Assembly: GCA_902779695.1 (NCBI GenBank)
Contig: CACZCL010000013.1
Coordinates: 1 to 45,930 of the forward strand
Source: Oscillospiraceae bacterium
Lineage (GTDB): Bacteria > Bacillota > Clostridia > Oscillospirales > Oscillospiraceae
Direction of reading: 5' to 3'
DNA length: 45,930 bases
Position numbers and translations under genes: made by a program. Positions 1 through 8,355 of this stretch are shown piece after piece. Position 1 is the first letter of the stretch. Every line of letters starts with the position of its first letter. Under the pieces are notes generated by a model. The model made no database searches. It had not been told where the DNA came from and saw only the letters and a program-made list of their open reading frames with translations.

Positions 1-1
1 G

Positions 2-787
2 CTCAGCGCGCCGCAGCTCGACCGTCTGCTCGCGGCGCTGGAGCGGAGCTTCGACCTCTCCCGCCTCGCGGAGCGGACCGTCGAGGCGGGGCGGCCCGAC
101 ACCATCACCGAGGACAAGCTCGCGGCGCTGCGCGACCATGGCGTCACGCGCCTGAGCGTCAACCCGCAGACGATGGACGACGCGGTGCTCGCCGCCATCG
201 GCCGCCGCCACACGGCGGACGACGTGCGCCGCGCGATGGCGCTGGTGAAGGCCGCGGGCTTCGCCCACGTCAACATGGATCTGATCGCGGGGCTGACCGG
301 CGATTCGCCGGCGGGCTTCGCCGCCTCGCTGCGCGAGTGCCTCTCGCTGGGGGCGGACAACATCACGGTGCACACGCTGTCGCTCAAAAAGGGAAGCCGC
401 CTCACGCTTTCGCAGGACGCGCCGGACGGGCGCGTCCCCGGCGCGCCCGCCGTGGCGCAAATGCTGGACTATGCGGACGGCGCGCTGCGTACAAATGGAT
501 ATGCCCCCTATTATCTCTACCGGCAGAAGTATATGTCCGGCAGCTTTGAAAACGTGGGCTGGACGCTGCCCGGCGCGGCGTGCCTGTACAACGTCTGCAT
601 CATGGAGGAGCTGCACGGCATCCTGTCCCTCGGCGCGGGCGGCTCGACCAAGATGGTCGGCGGCGGTCTGATCCGCCGCGCGTTCAACGCGAAATATCCC
701 AAGGAGTACATCGAGCGTCCGGAGAAATGGCGCGCGAATCTCGACGCCTTCGCGGCGTTTTATCGCAATCTTTCGGAAAGGTCGTAG
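2..787 (+). CDS. hemZ: HemZ-like radical SAM protein (coproporphyrinogen dehydrogenase family), 5' truncated by window edge
   Basis: Open frame from base 2; contains TVEAGRPDTIT, SVNPQT, NMDLIAGL, PYYLYRQK and GAGGSTK, typical of HemZ. Confidence 0.85.
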   Translation, partial: LSAPQLDRLLAALERSFDLSRLAERTVEAGRPDTITEDKLAALRDHGVTRLSVNPQTMDDAVLAAIGRRHTADDVRRAMALVKAAGFAHVNMDLIAGLTGDSPAGFAASLRECLSLGADNITVHTLSLKKGSRLTLSQDAPDGRVPGAPAVAQMLDYADGALRTNGYAPYYLYRQKYMSGSFENVGWTLPGAACLYNVCIMEELHGILSLGAGGSTKMVGGGLIRRAFNAKYPKEYIERPEKWRANLDAFAAFYRNLSERS

Positions 788-796
788 ACAACGCCC

Positions 797-2398
797 ATGG
801 CAGAAGCGAAAAAACAATCGTTTTTCGGCGGCGCGGCGGTGCTCGCCGCCGGCGTTATCGTGGTCAAGATCATCGGCGCGATCTACAAGATCCCGCTCAA
901 CAACATCCTCGGCCCCGAGGGCGCGGCGGACTTCTACAACGCCTACAACATCTACGCGGCGCTTTTGACCGTCTCCACCACGGGCCTTCCCGTGGCGCTG
1001 TCGAAGATGGTCTCCGAGGCGAACACCTTCGGGCGCGAGAATCAGGCGCGGCGCATCTTTCGCGTCAGCGCGGCGACGTTTTTGACCCTCGGCGTCCTTT
1101 CGTTCTGCGTCATGTGGTTCGGCAACGACTGGTGCGCGCGGCTTTTGACCAATCCCCGCGCCGCGTTCGGCATCCGGATGCTCGCCCCCGCCGTCGTCTG
1201 CGTCGGCGGGCTGTCCGCGTTCCGCGGCTACGCGCAGGGCAATTTCCGCATGACGCCCACCTCCGTCAGCCAGATCATCGAGGCGGCGTGCAAGCTGGTC
1301 GTCGGCCTCGCGCTGGCGCGCTATCTGCTCCGCGCCGGACGCGACGTATCCGTCGCCGCCGGCGGCGCGATCGCGGGCGTCACCGTCGGCACGGTGCTGG
1401 CGCTGAGCTATATGGCGGCGGATCACCTGCGCCATCGCGTCAGGAGCGCGGCGCAGGACATTCCGGACGAGCCGGGCGTCATTCTGCGGCGCCTCGTCGC
1501 CATCGCCGTGCCGATCACGCTGTCAAGCTCGATGGTGTCTATCTTCACGCTGCTCGACACCTCGCTCGTGCAGGGGCAGCTTCAAAACGCGCTGGGCTAC
1601 AGCGTCGACGAGATGCGCTATCTCTACGGCACCTACTCCTCGGGCATGAACCTTTACAACCTGCCGTCGTCGATGATGACGGCGCTGACGATCTCGGTCA
1701 TCCCCGCGATCTCCAGCGCGCTCACCCGCCGCGACCGCGCCGGCACGGCGCGGCTCGTCGGCTCGTCGCTGCGCGTGACGGGCCTGCTGGCGTTTCCGAT
1801 GGGGCTGGGCCTCTGGGCGCTGGCGGAGCCGATCTTCGCCCTGCTCTATCCGCGCTACGACGCCGTTCTCGGCGGACAGCTTCTGGCGGTGCTGGGGCTT
1901 GCGTCCATCTTCGTCTGCCTGATGCTGATCGCGAACTCGATCCTCCAGGCCCACGGGCACGTCCGTATGCCGGTGCTGACGATGTTCGTCGGCGGCGTCA
2001 TCAAGGTCGTGACGAACTACAACCTCACCGCCGTGCCGCGCATCAACATCCACGCCGCGCCCATTGGCACGCTGACCTGCTTCGCCGTGGTGGCGGTGCT
2101 GAACCTGATCCTCGTCTACCGCACGGCGGAGGAAAAGCCCAACTACTTCGCGCTGTTCACCAAGCCGCTGCTGGCGTCGCTTCTGATGGCGCTGTGCGCA
2201 AGAGGCTCCTATGCGCTGCTTGCCGCGCGGCTTTCCCGCGGCGGAACGATGGGCCGCCTTCTCTGCGTCGGCGCGCCCGTCGCGCTTGCCGTCGCGGTCT
2301 ACGCCGCGCTGGTCGTCGCGCTGCGCATCATCACAAAGGACGATCTCGCGTTGCTGCCGAAGGGCCAGAGGCTGGCGAGGCTGCTGCGCGTCAAATAA
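797..2398 (+). CDS. MOP-superfamily polysaccharide biosynthesis/flippase protein (YabM/SpoVB-like)
   Basis: 533 aa with many TM segments; N-terminal KQSFFGGA..VKIIGAIYKIPL; position upstream of mazG matches the yabM locus. Confidence 0.85.
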   Translation: MAEAKKQSFFGGAAVLAAGVIVVKIIGAIYKIPLNNILGPEGAADFYNAYNIYAALLTVSTTGLPVALSKMVSEANTFGRENQARRIFRVSAATFLTLGVLSFCVMWFGNDWCARLLTNPRAAFGIRMLAPAVVCVGGLSAFRGYAQGNFRMTPTSVSQIIEAACKLVVGLALARYLLRAGRDVSVAAGGAIAGVTVGTVLALSYMAADHLRHRVRSAAQDIPDEPGVILRRLVAIAVPITLSSSMVSIFTLLDTSLVQGQLQNALGYSVDEMRYLYGTYSSGMNLYNLPSSMMTALTISVIPAISSALTRRDRAGTARLVGSSLRVTGLLAFPMGLGLWALAEPIFALLYPRYDAVLGGQLLAVLGLASIFVCLMLIANSILQAHGHVRMPVLTMFVGGVIKVVTNYNLTAVPRINIHAAPIGTLTCFAVVAVLNLILVYRTAEEKPNYFALFTKPLLASLLMALCARGSYALLAARLSRGGTMGRLLCVGAPVALAVAVYAALVVALRIITKDDLALLPKGQRLARLLRVK

Positions 2399-2422
2399 CG
2401 AATCGGTAAAGGAATCACAGCC

Positions 2423-3070
2423 ATGATACAGTTTCCGGACAAGAGCGTTTACGACATGGACGACCTTATCGCGATCCTGCGCATCCTGCGCGCGCCGGGC
2501 GGCTGCCCCTGGGACCGGGAGCAGACGCACGCGAGCAACCGCCGCAACTTTCTGGAGGAGGCGTACGAGGCGGCGGAGGCGTTCGACCGCGACGACCCCG
2601 CCCTGATGTGCGAGGAGCTTGGCGATATGCTGATGCAGGTGCTCTTCAACATCCACATCGAGGAGGACGCGGGCCGCTTCACCACCGACGACGTGACCGA
2701 CCACGTCGTGCGCAAGCTCATCTACCGCCACCCCCACGTGTTCGGCAGCGTGAAAGCGGAGACCACGGAGGAGGTGCTCGTCAACTGGGAGCAGCTCAAG
2801 CGGCGGGAGAAGGGGCAGGCCTCCACCGCCGACACGCTGGACGCCGTCGCCCGCTCGCTGCCGCCGCGCTGGCGGGCGGACAAGCTGCTCAAGCGCGCCG
2901 GCTGCGGCAGTCTGGACGCGGCGGACGTGCCGGAGGAGCTGGCGGACGCCGTGCGCGCGATGCGGGACGCGGCGGAGGAGAGCCGCCGCGCGGAGGAGGC
3001 GCTGGAGCGCGCGTGCGACGCGTTCATCGCGCGCTTCCGCGCCGCGGAGGAAGGGAAGGCGAAGCAATGA
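2423..3070 (+). CDS. mazG: MazG-family NTP pyrophosphohydrolase (YabN-like)
   Basis: LRAPGGCPWDREQT, EEAYE, EELGD and KLIYRHPHVF motifs. Confidence 0.9.
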   Translation: MIQFPDKSVYDMDDLIAILRILRAPGGCPWDREQTHASNRRNFLEEAYEAAEAFDRDDPALMCEELGDMLMQVLFNIHIEEDAGRFTTDDVTDHVVRKLIYRHPHVFGSVKAETTEEVLVNWEQLKRREKGQASTADTLDAVARSLPPRWRADKLLKRAGCGSLDAADVPEELADAVRAMRDAAEESRRAEEALERACDAFIARFRAAEEGKAKQ

Positions 3071-3312
3071 GGCTCGATAAGTATTTGAAGGTCTCCCGCC
3101 TCATCAAGCGGCGCACCGTCGCGAACGAGGCGTGCGACACGGGGCGCGTGGAGGTCAACGGCAAAATCGCCCGCGCGTCCTACGACGTGAAAGAGGGCGA
3201 CCGCATCACCATCCGCTTCGGCGAGCGCGCGCTGAACGTCGAGGTCGTGAGCGTGCAGGAAAACGCCGGCAAGGCGGGGGCGGCGGCGCTCTACAAAGAA
3301 CTCGCGCCATAG
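3067..3312 (+). CDS. yabO: S4-domain RNA-binding protein (YabO/RqcP, Hsp15-like)
   Basis: MRLDKYLKVSRLIKRRTVANEAC; ATG overlaps the mazG stop (ATGA). Confidence 0.92.
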   Translation: MRLDKYLKVSRLIKRRTVANEACDTGRVEVNGKIARASYDVKEGDRITIRFGERALNVEVVSVQENAGKAGAAALYKELAP

Positions 3313-3341
3313 GCATATCCGAGACAAACCTCCCATACACT
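3313..3341 (+). promoter_or_regulatory. Probable sigma-E promoter of yabP
   Basis: GCATATC-14 nt-CATACACT resembles the sigma-E consensus; yabP is a sigma-E target in B. subtilis. Confidence 0.65.
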
Positions 3342-3360
3342 AAAGCGTATGGGAGGTTTT
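3326..3360 (+). terminator. 13-bp hairpin enclosing the yabP RBS (terminator and/or RBS sequester)
   Basis: AAACCTCCCATAC-8 nt-GTATGGGAGGTTT perfect inverted repeat. Confidence 0.6.
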
Positions 3361-3365
3361 ACCGT

Positions 3366-3653
3366 ATGGCTTCTTATGATACCGATTTCAGCGCCGCGCC
3401 CCACCGCGTCACGCTCGACGGACGCGACCGCCTGACCGTTTCCGGCGTCGAGGACGTCGACCGCTTCGACGAAAGCGAGATCGTCATGAACACCGCCGAG
3501 GGTTCTCTCGTCGTCAGCGGGGAGAACCTGCACATCGACAAGCTGAGTCTGGACGGCGGCGAGCTGCACGTCGACGGGCGCATCGACTCGCTGAGCTACG
3601 AGGACGCGCCCGCGGCGCGCGGCGGGCTGCTCGCCCGGCTGCTGGGCGGCTGA
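3366..3653 (+). CDS. yabP: Sporulation protein YabP
   Basis: HRVTLDGRDRLTVSGVEDVDRFDE...G.IDSLSY; GGGAGG RBS; synteny. Confidence 0.9.
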   Translation: MASYDTDFSAAPHRVTLDGRDRLTVSGVEDVDRFDESEIVMNTAEGSLVVSGENLHIDKLSLDGGELHVDGRIDSLSYEDAPAARGGLLARLLGG

Positions 3654-3656
3654 GCC

Positions 3657-4322
3657 GTGGGCTTTTCCAACGCCGCGCAGCTCCGCCTGCTCGCGGCGGC
3701 GCTGCTGCTGGGAATGGCGCTGGCGCTGGTGTACGACCTGCTGCGCGCGCTGCGGGCGCGGCGGCGCGCCGCCCGCCGGTTCACCGACGCGCTGGACGCG
3801 CTCTACTGCCTCGCCCTCGCGCTGTCCGGCTTTGCGTTCGCGCTGCGCATCGGGGACGGGGAGCTGCGGCTCTACACCCTCGCGGCGGCGGCCGCCGGCG
3901 CGGCGGTCTTTTTCGGCGCGTTCTCGCCGCTGCTGCGCCCGCTGTGGGACTTCTGGGCGCGCACGTTTTTCCTGTTTTTGCATTTGTTAAAGCTTCCGCT
4001 GATAACACTGAAAAATTTTTATAGAAATTTACATAAAATTTCCAAAAGACTCTTTCTTTTTTGGCGGCGCTCCTTTATAATAGACACATACCGGCGGTAC
4101 GCGCTGCGCGCGCGCAGGCGTGCCGAACGGGGGGAGGGTCGATATGGCGGAACGAACAAAGCATCGCGCGGGCTTTCTGGCGTCCGTGCTGGTGCTGGCG
4201 CTGCTGTTTCTCGCCGGGTTTCAGCTGCTGGGGATGCGCGAGCGGCTCGCCGCCGCGCGGACGGAGCAGGCGGCGCTGGCGGAAAAGGTCGCCCGGCAGG
4301 AGCAGGAAAACCGCTCGCTTAA
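3657..4322 (+). CDS. yabQ: Spore cortex biosynthesis protein YabQ
   Basis: Hydrophobic N-terminus with G..L.LVYDLLR and GELRLY motifs; lies between yabP and divIC; the 3' tail overlaps divIC. Confidence 0.75.
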   Translation: MGFSNAAQLRLLAAALLLGMALALVYDLLRALRARRRAARRFTDALDALYCLALALSGFAFALRIGDGELRLYTLAAAAAGAAVFFGAFSPLLRPLWDFWARTFFLFLHLLKLPLITLKNFYRNLHKISKRLFLFWRRSFIIDTYRRYALRARRRAERGEGRYGGTNKASRGLSGVRAGAGAAVSRRVSAAGDARAARRRADGAGGAGGKGRPAGAGKPLA

Positions 4323-4431
4323 GGCGGCGCTCGACCGGGCGGAGGATCCGGCGTATTTGCAGCAGCTCGCCCGCGAGCAGCTTGGCATGGTCTCTCCGGG
4401 GCAGAAGGATTTTTACGACGTGAGCAATTAA
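4144..4431 (+). CDS. divIC: Septum formation initiator DivIC/FtsB
   Basis: TM helix, coiled coil, then LAREQLGMV.PG motif; GGAGG RBS. Confidence 0.88.
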   Translation: MAERTKHRAGFLASVLVLALLFLAGFQLLGMRERLAAARTEQAALAEKVARQEQENRSLKAALDRAEDPAYLQQLAREQLGMVSPGQKDFYDVSN

Positions 4432-4581
4432 TACTAAAATTTGATGAAATGCTTTCATCAAATTTACCATGCTCCGCATGGTGGTGTCGTGCTGAAAGCG
4501 CGTCACCGCGTCTCATGCGAAATTTAACGCCGCTAAAGCGGCTATCAAACGATTTTCAATCGTTTGAATAAATTTCAGTAT
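4431..4581. mobile_element. MITE-like non-autonomous element with terminal inverted repeats and internal hairpins
   Basis: ATACTAAAATTT...AAATTTCAGTAT (11/12 inverted match); internal perfect hairpins at 4437-4465, 4466-4482, 4529-4542 and 4545-4567; AT-rich relative to flanks. Confidence 0.55.
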
Positions 4582-4606
4582 AAAGCGGCGCGATGCGCCG
4601 CTTTTT
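4582..4606 (+). terminator. Intrinsic terminator after divIC
   Basis: AAAGCGGCGC-GAT-GCGCCGCTTT followed by T-tract. Confidence 0.75.
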
Positions 4607-4619
4607 CCTTTGCGCGGAT

Positions 4620-4650
4620 AAAAAGGGGCCGCTGCCGAAGGCAGCGGCTC
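4620..4650 (-). terminator. Minus-strand intrinsic terminator with no annotated CDS upstream
   Basis: Minus strand reads GAGCCGCTGCC-TTC-GGCAGCGGCCCC-TTTTT. Confidence 0.55.
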
Positions 4651-4781
4651 AAGCGGGTGGGATATTGGAAAGCTTCCGAGGGAAAGGATACCCGTTTTGC
4701 CGCGAAAAATCCGTCGAACCCCGCCGCGGCGCGCACTTTCGGCGTTTTACCCAAACGGCGCGAAAGCCGGACGCTTTTCCT

Positions 4782-4809
4782 TTGACATTTCGCCGCAATA
4801 TGGTATAAT
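4782..4809 (+). promoter_or_regulatory. sigma-A promoter of hpf
   Basis: TTGACA-16 nt-TATAAT with TG extended -10. Confidence 0.8.
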
Positions 4810-4873
4810 TACAATAGAGCAAGGGCATCCGCCCGGTTTCAGCACATGCAAAGTTCGAAAGGAGCGCAGCGAC

Positions 4874-5419
4874 ATGAAATTTACGTTTGCCTGCAAGAAA
4901 ATCACACTCAACGACTCCGTCAAAGCCTACGCCGAGAAGAAGATCGGCAAGCTGGACAAGTATTTCCGGAACGAGCCGGACGCCGTGGTGACGTTCGCCG
5001 TCGAGAAAAAGAACCGCTGCGTGGTCGAGGTCATGCTCAGAAGCCCGGACGGCACGATGTTCCGCGCCGTTGCCGAGGACCCGGACGGCGATATGCGCGG
5101 CGCGATCGACTCCTGCGAGTCCCAGATCGACCGCAAGATCCGCAAGAACAAGACCCGCCTTTCCAAGAATCTGCGCGAAGGCTCCATCAAGACGGAGGTG
5201 CCCGAGGAGTTCGACGTTCACGAGGAGCGGGATTTCGAGGTCGTGCGCACCAAGCGCTTCGCCGTGAAGCCGATGAGCGTGGAGGAGGCGATTTTGCAGA
5301 TGAACCTGCTCGGCCACAGCTTTTTCGTCTTCCGCAACACCGAGAGCGACTCCGTCGACGTCGTCTACAAGCGCAACGACGAGGGCTACGGCCTGATCGA
5401 GACCACGGAAGAGGTCTGA
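4874..5419 (+). CDS. hpf: Ribosome hibernation promoting factor, long form (HPF/RaiA)
   Basis: YAEKKIGKLDKYF, DMRGAID, RKIRKNKT and C-terminal KPMSVEEAILQMNLLGHSFFVF. Confidence 0.93.
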   Translation: MKFTFACKKITLNDSVKAYAEKKIGKLDKYFRNEPDAVVTFAVEKKNRCVVEVMLRSPDGTMFRAVAEDPDGDMRGAIDSCESQIDRKIRKNKTRLSKNLREGSIKTEVPEEFDVHEERDFEVVRTKRFAVKPMSVEEAILQMNLLGHSFFVFRNTESDSVDVVYKRNDEGYGLIETTEEV

Positions 5420-5439
5420 GGCGTATCAAAAAGCAAACG

Positions 5440-5472
5440 AGCGCCCGCCCCGAACTCGGAGCGGGCGCTTTT
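5440..5472 (+). terminator. Terminator between convergent hpf and GntR genes
   Basis: AGCGCCCGC...GCGGGCGCT stem plus T-tract. Confidence 0.7.
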
Positions 5473-5487
5473 CTCAGCATTATTGCA

Positions 5488-6264
5488 TTATTGATCCACC
5501 AGGCGCGTGAACTCGGTCGCGCCCTTCTGGAACTTCACGTTCAGCTTCAGGCGGTCGGCGCGCATATAGCTGGTCGTATACTCGTAGATATGCCCGTTTT
5601 CGCCGGTGGTGCGGCGCTGGTGGAAAAACGCCGGAGAGCCGGTGCGGCAGTCGAGCAGCGCCGCCTCGCGGTCGCCCAGCAGCACCGCCTCATAGCTGTC
5701 CTCCGCCGAAAACGGCACCACGCCCACATGGTAGAGCAGACTGTAAAAGCTGTGCGTCTGCACCAGCTCGCGGGTCAGGTTGGGGTAGATGTACTCCGGG
5801 TAGTAGGAGGTCTCCACGATCAGGGGCTTCCCGTCCACGTTGCGCACGCGGGTGAAGCAATACACGCGCGCGTCGTCCGCGAGGCTCATGATCTCGCGGA
5901 TGCGGGGCGAGGCGTCCATCACCGAGAAGGTGACGAGCGTGGAGGACGGGGTCTTGCCCATCTGCGAGATCTCCGTCGTGAACGAATACTGCACGCTTTT
6001 GCGGCGCGTGGTGGGGTCGGCGACGAAGGTGCCCTTGCCGCGCTTGCGCACGACGAACCCGTCCTCCTCCAGCGCGCCGATCGCCTGGCGCACGGTGTTG
6101 CGGCTGATGTGGAACGCGCCGCACAGCTCCGCCTCCGAGGGCAGCAGCTGGCCCACGGCGACCTCGCCCGAGATGATGCTGCGCTTGACGATACCGATCA
6201 GCTGGTTGTACAGCGGCATTTCGCTGTCGATCGCCAGCGTCTGGTGCAAAATGGGACTGTCCAT
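5488..6264 (-). CDS. GntR-family (HutC/UTRA) transcriptional regulator
   Basis: PLYNQL..LPSEAELC..SRNTVRQA..RGKGTFV wHTH domain followed by UTRA-like C-terminus. Confidence 0.92.
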   Translation of the reverse strand: MDSPILHQTLAIDSEMPLYNQLIGIVKRSIISGEVAVGQLLPSEAELCGAFHISRNTVRQAIGALEEDGFVVRKRGKGTFVADPTTRRKSVQYSFTTEISQMGKTPSSTLVTFSVMDASPRIREIMSLADDARVYCFTRVRNVDGKPLIVETSYYPEYIYPNLTRELVQTHSFYSLLYHVGVVPFSAEDSYEAVLLGDREAALLDCRTGSPAFFHQRRTTGENGHIYEYTTSYMRADRLKLNVKFQKGATEFTRLVDQ

Positions 6265-6327
6265 GTTTTCCGTCTTCTTTCTGTCCCGCTGCGCGGTTTC
6301 ACGCGGTTATTTGTCCGGAATGTATTG

Positions 6328-6356
6328 ATTATACCATACAAGTTGAAGATATGCAA
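6328..6356 (-). promoter_or_regulatory. sigma-A promoter of the GntR gene
   Basis: TTGCAT-17 nt-TATAAT with TG extension on the minus strand. Confidence 0.7.
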
Positions 6357-6361
6357 GCGTG

Positions 6362-6393
6362 AAAATCGCCCGCCGGAAAACTCGGCGGGCGAT
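6362..6393 (-). terminator. Terminator after the hydroxyacid dehydrogenase gene
   Basis: ATCGCCCGCCG/CGGCGGGCGAT stem followed by T run on the minus strand. Confidence 0.6.
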
Positions 6394-6420
6394 CACAGCT
6401 TCTCTTCTGTTTTTGCCGGA

Positions 6421-7395
6421 TCAGAATTTGGGCTTGTTGGCGGGGCACTGGGGCGCCTTGCCGTTGCAGACCGCCACGATGTCGTCCGCGACGGAGGTGC
6501 AGCAGTTGAGCACGGACTGCTCGGTCGTCGCCGCCATGTGCGGGGTCATGATCGCGTTGTCGAGGTCGAACAGCTCGCGGCTGGACTCCTGGATCGGCTC
6601 ATGCTCAAACACGTCCAGCCCCGCCTGGAACAGCGTGCCGTCCTTGAGGCAGGCGACAAGCTCGTCCTCCTTGATGAGCGCGCCGCGGGCGCAGTTGATG
6701 AACGACGCGGTGGGCTTCATCCAGCTGAACTGCTCGCGTCCGATGGAGTGGAACGTGGAGTCGACGACCGGGAGATGGACGCTGACGAAGTCCGCCTGCT
6801 CCCAGACCTCCTTCGCGGTGGGGCGCAGCTCGCACAAGTCGCCGACCTTGTCCTGCGTCAGATAGGGGTCGTAGCCGATGATGTTCATGCCGAAGCCGTA
6901 CTTCGCCTTCTTCATCACCAGCTGGGAGATGCGGCCGCAGCCGATCATGCCGAGGGTCTTGCCGCCCAGCTCGAACGTGTGCTCCATGCCCATGCGGACG
7001 AGGAAATTGCCGCCGCGGAACTGCCTGTCGACATAGTTGAAGCGCTTGGCGCACATGAGCATCAGCAGGATCGCGTGCTCGGCGACGGCGTTGGCGTTGC
7101 CCGCGGGCGCGAAAACGACCTGGATGTTCTTCTCCGCCGCGTGGTCCATGTCGATGTTGTCAAGCCCCGCGCCCTGCTTGCCGATGACCTTCAGCCCCGT
7201 GCAGACGTCCATCATCTTCGCGGTGACCGGCTCGGTGCGGCACATAACGGCGTCCGGCTGATACGCCGCGAGCTCCTTGATATACGTCTCCTCGTCGTTG
7301 TGCGAGCAGACCTTCACCTCGAAGTCGTTCTGCTCAAAGATGCGGGTCGCCACCTCGTTGAGCTCGATGGTATAATAGACCTTGAACTTTGCCAT
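6421..7395 (-). CDS. D-isomer-specific 2-hydroxyacid dehydrogenase (SerA-like, no ACT domain)
   Basis: GAGLDNID, GCGRI Rossmann motif, INCARG, LDVFEHEP, TPHMA. Confidence 0.9.
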   Translation of the reverse strand: MAKFKVYYTIELNEVATRIFEQNDFEVKVCSHNDEETYIKELAAYQPDAVMCRTEPVTAKMMDVCTGLKVIGKQGAGLDNIDMDHAAEKNIQVVFAPAGNANAVAEHAILLMLMCAKRFNYVDRQFRGGNFLVRMGMEHTFELGGKTLGMIGCGRISQLVMKKAKYGFGMNIIGYDPYLTQDKVGDLCELRPTAKEVWEQADFVSVHLPVVDSTFHSIGREQFSWMKPTASFINCARGALIKEDELVACLKDGTLFQAGLDVFEHEPIQESSRELFDLDNAIMTPHMAATTEQSVLNCCTSVADDIVAVCNGKAPQCPANKPKF

Positions 7396-7450
7396 GATGC
7401 TGCTCCTTCCTGTTTTTATGATTTATACAAAAGTTTTTCCCGTGCTTTCG

Positions 7451-7479
7451 ATTCTACACTACAACACGACGAAAAGCAA
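7451..7479 (-). promoter_or_regulatory. Possible sigma-A promoter of the dehydrogenase gene
   Basis: TTGCTT-17 nt-TAGAAT on the minus strand. Confidence 0.55.
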
Positions 7480-7542
7480 GCCCTGTTTGCAAGATTGTAT
7501 TCACGTTTTTGATAGTTTCTTTTGCTTTTTGAAATTGTTCCG

Positions 7543-8301
7543 TCAAATTTCGAAGCGTTCCCCGTCGCGCCGGATGCGGACGATCCTTTCCGCGTCCGCG
7601 GGGTGGGCGGCGCAATAGCGGTCGATCCAGTCGTACTTCTCCCACATATGCATGGGAAAGAGGCGCTTCACGCCGACGCGGCGCAGCAGGTGCGCCACGC
7701 CCAGATCGAAGGCGTCCTCCAGCCGCGGGTCCATCGGCGCCATCGCGGCGTCGATTACGGGTTCGCACCCGGCGTCCGCCGCCTCGTCCCGCACGGCGGC
7801 GGCGAGCTTGTCGATGGCGCGGCGGTAGTTCATCTCCATGTTGGCGCAGTAGAGGCTGCCCTCCTCCTCCCAGTGCCACCAGTTGAGGTCCCCCGCATGG
7901 TAGACCAGCTTCCCCTCGGCAGAGAGCAGGAACGCGACGCCGGCGTCCGTGGACTGGATCGTGCGGATCGTCAGCGGCGTGCCGCCCGCCTCGGCGGCGA
8001 GGACGCTGTCGACGCGGATCGAGGTCACGCGCCGGAACAGCTCGGCGTTCATGCCAAGCTTTTCCCAGCGGCGCGTCGCGAGCCGGATGTCGTGCGAGAG
8101 GATGAAGCGCGTTTTCGGATAGCGCGCGCTCAGGGTGAAGATCTTCGGGTCGAAGTGGTCCTCGTGGCTGTGGCTGGCAAAGACCAGCAGCGGCTTGTCC
8201 GGGTCGAGGGGCGGCAGCTCGCCCTTCCACCAGTCGAACAGCGAATAGAAGCCGTCCCACTCGACGAGAAAGCCGCTGTGGGCGACGTAGGTGACGGTCA
8301 T
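7543..8301 (-). CDS. MBL-fold metallo-hydrolase
   Basis: HSGF, SHSHEDH (HxHxDH), YHAGD and FPMH motifs; start set at the ATG after the AAGGA RBS. Confidence 0.85.
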   Translation of the reverse strand: MTVTYVAHSGFLVEWDGFYSLFDWWKGELPPLDPDKPLLVFASHSHEDHFDPKIFTLSARYPKTRFILSHDIRLATRRWEKLGMNAELFRRVTSIRVDSVLAAEAGGTPLTIRTIQSTDAGVAFLLSAEGKLVYHAGDLNWWHWEEEGSLYCANMEMNYRRAIDKLAAAVRDEAADAGCEPVIDAAMAPMDPRLEDAFDLGVAHLLRRVGVKRLFPMHMWEKYDWIDRYCAAHPADAERIVRIRRDGERFEI

Positions 8302-8355
8302 GTCGGTCCTCTCTTTCCTTGCGCGGCCCTGCCCGCAAAATACTGTTCGGGCAGT

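Noticed and set aside
4810-4873. raiA-motif RNA upstream of hpf
   Set aside because: The leader is only about 60 nt from the predicted promoter, too short for that large motif.
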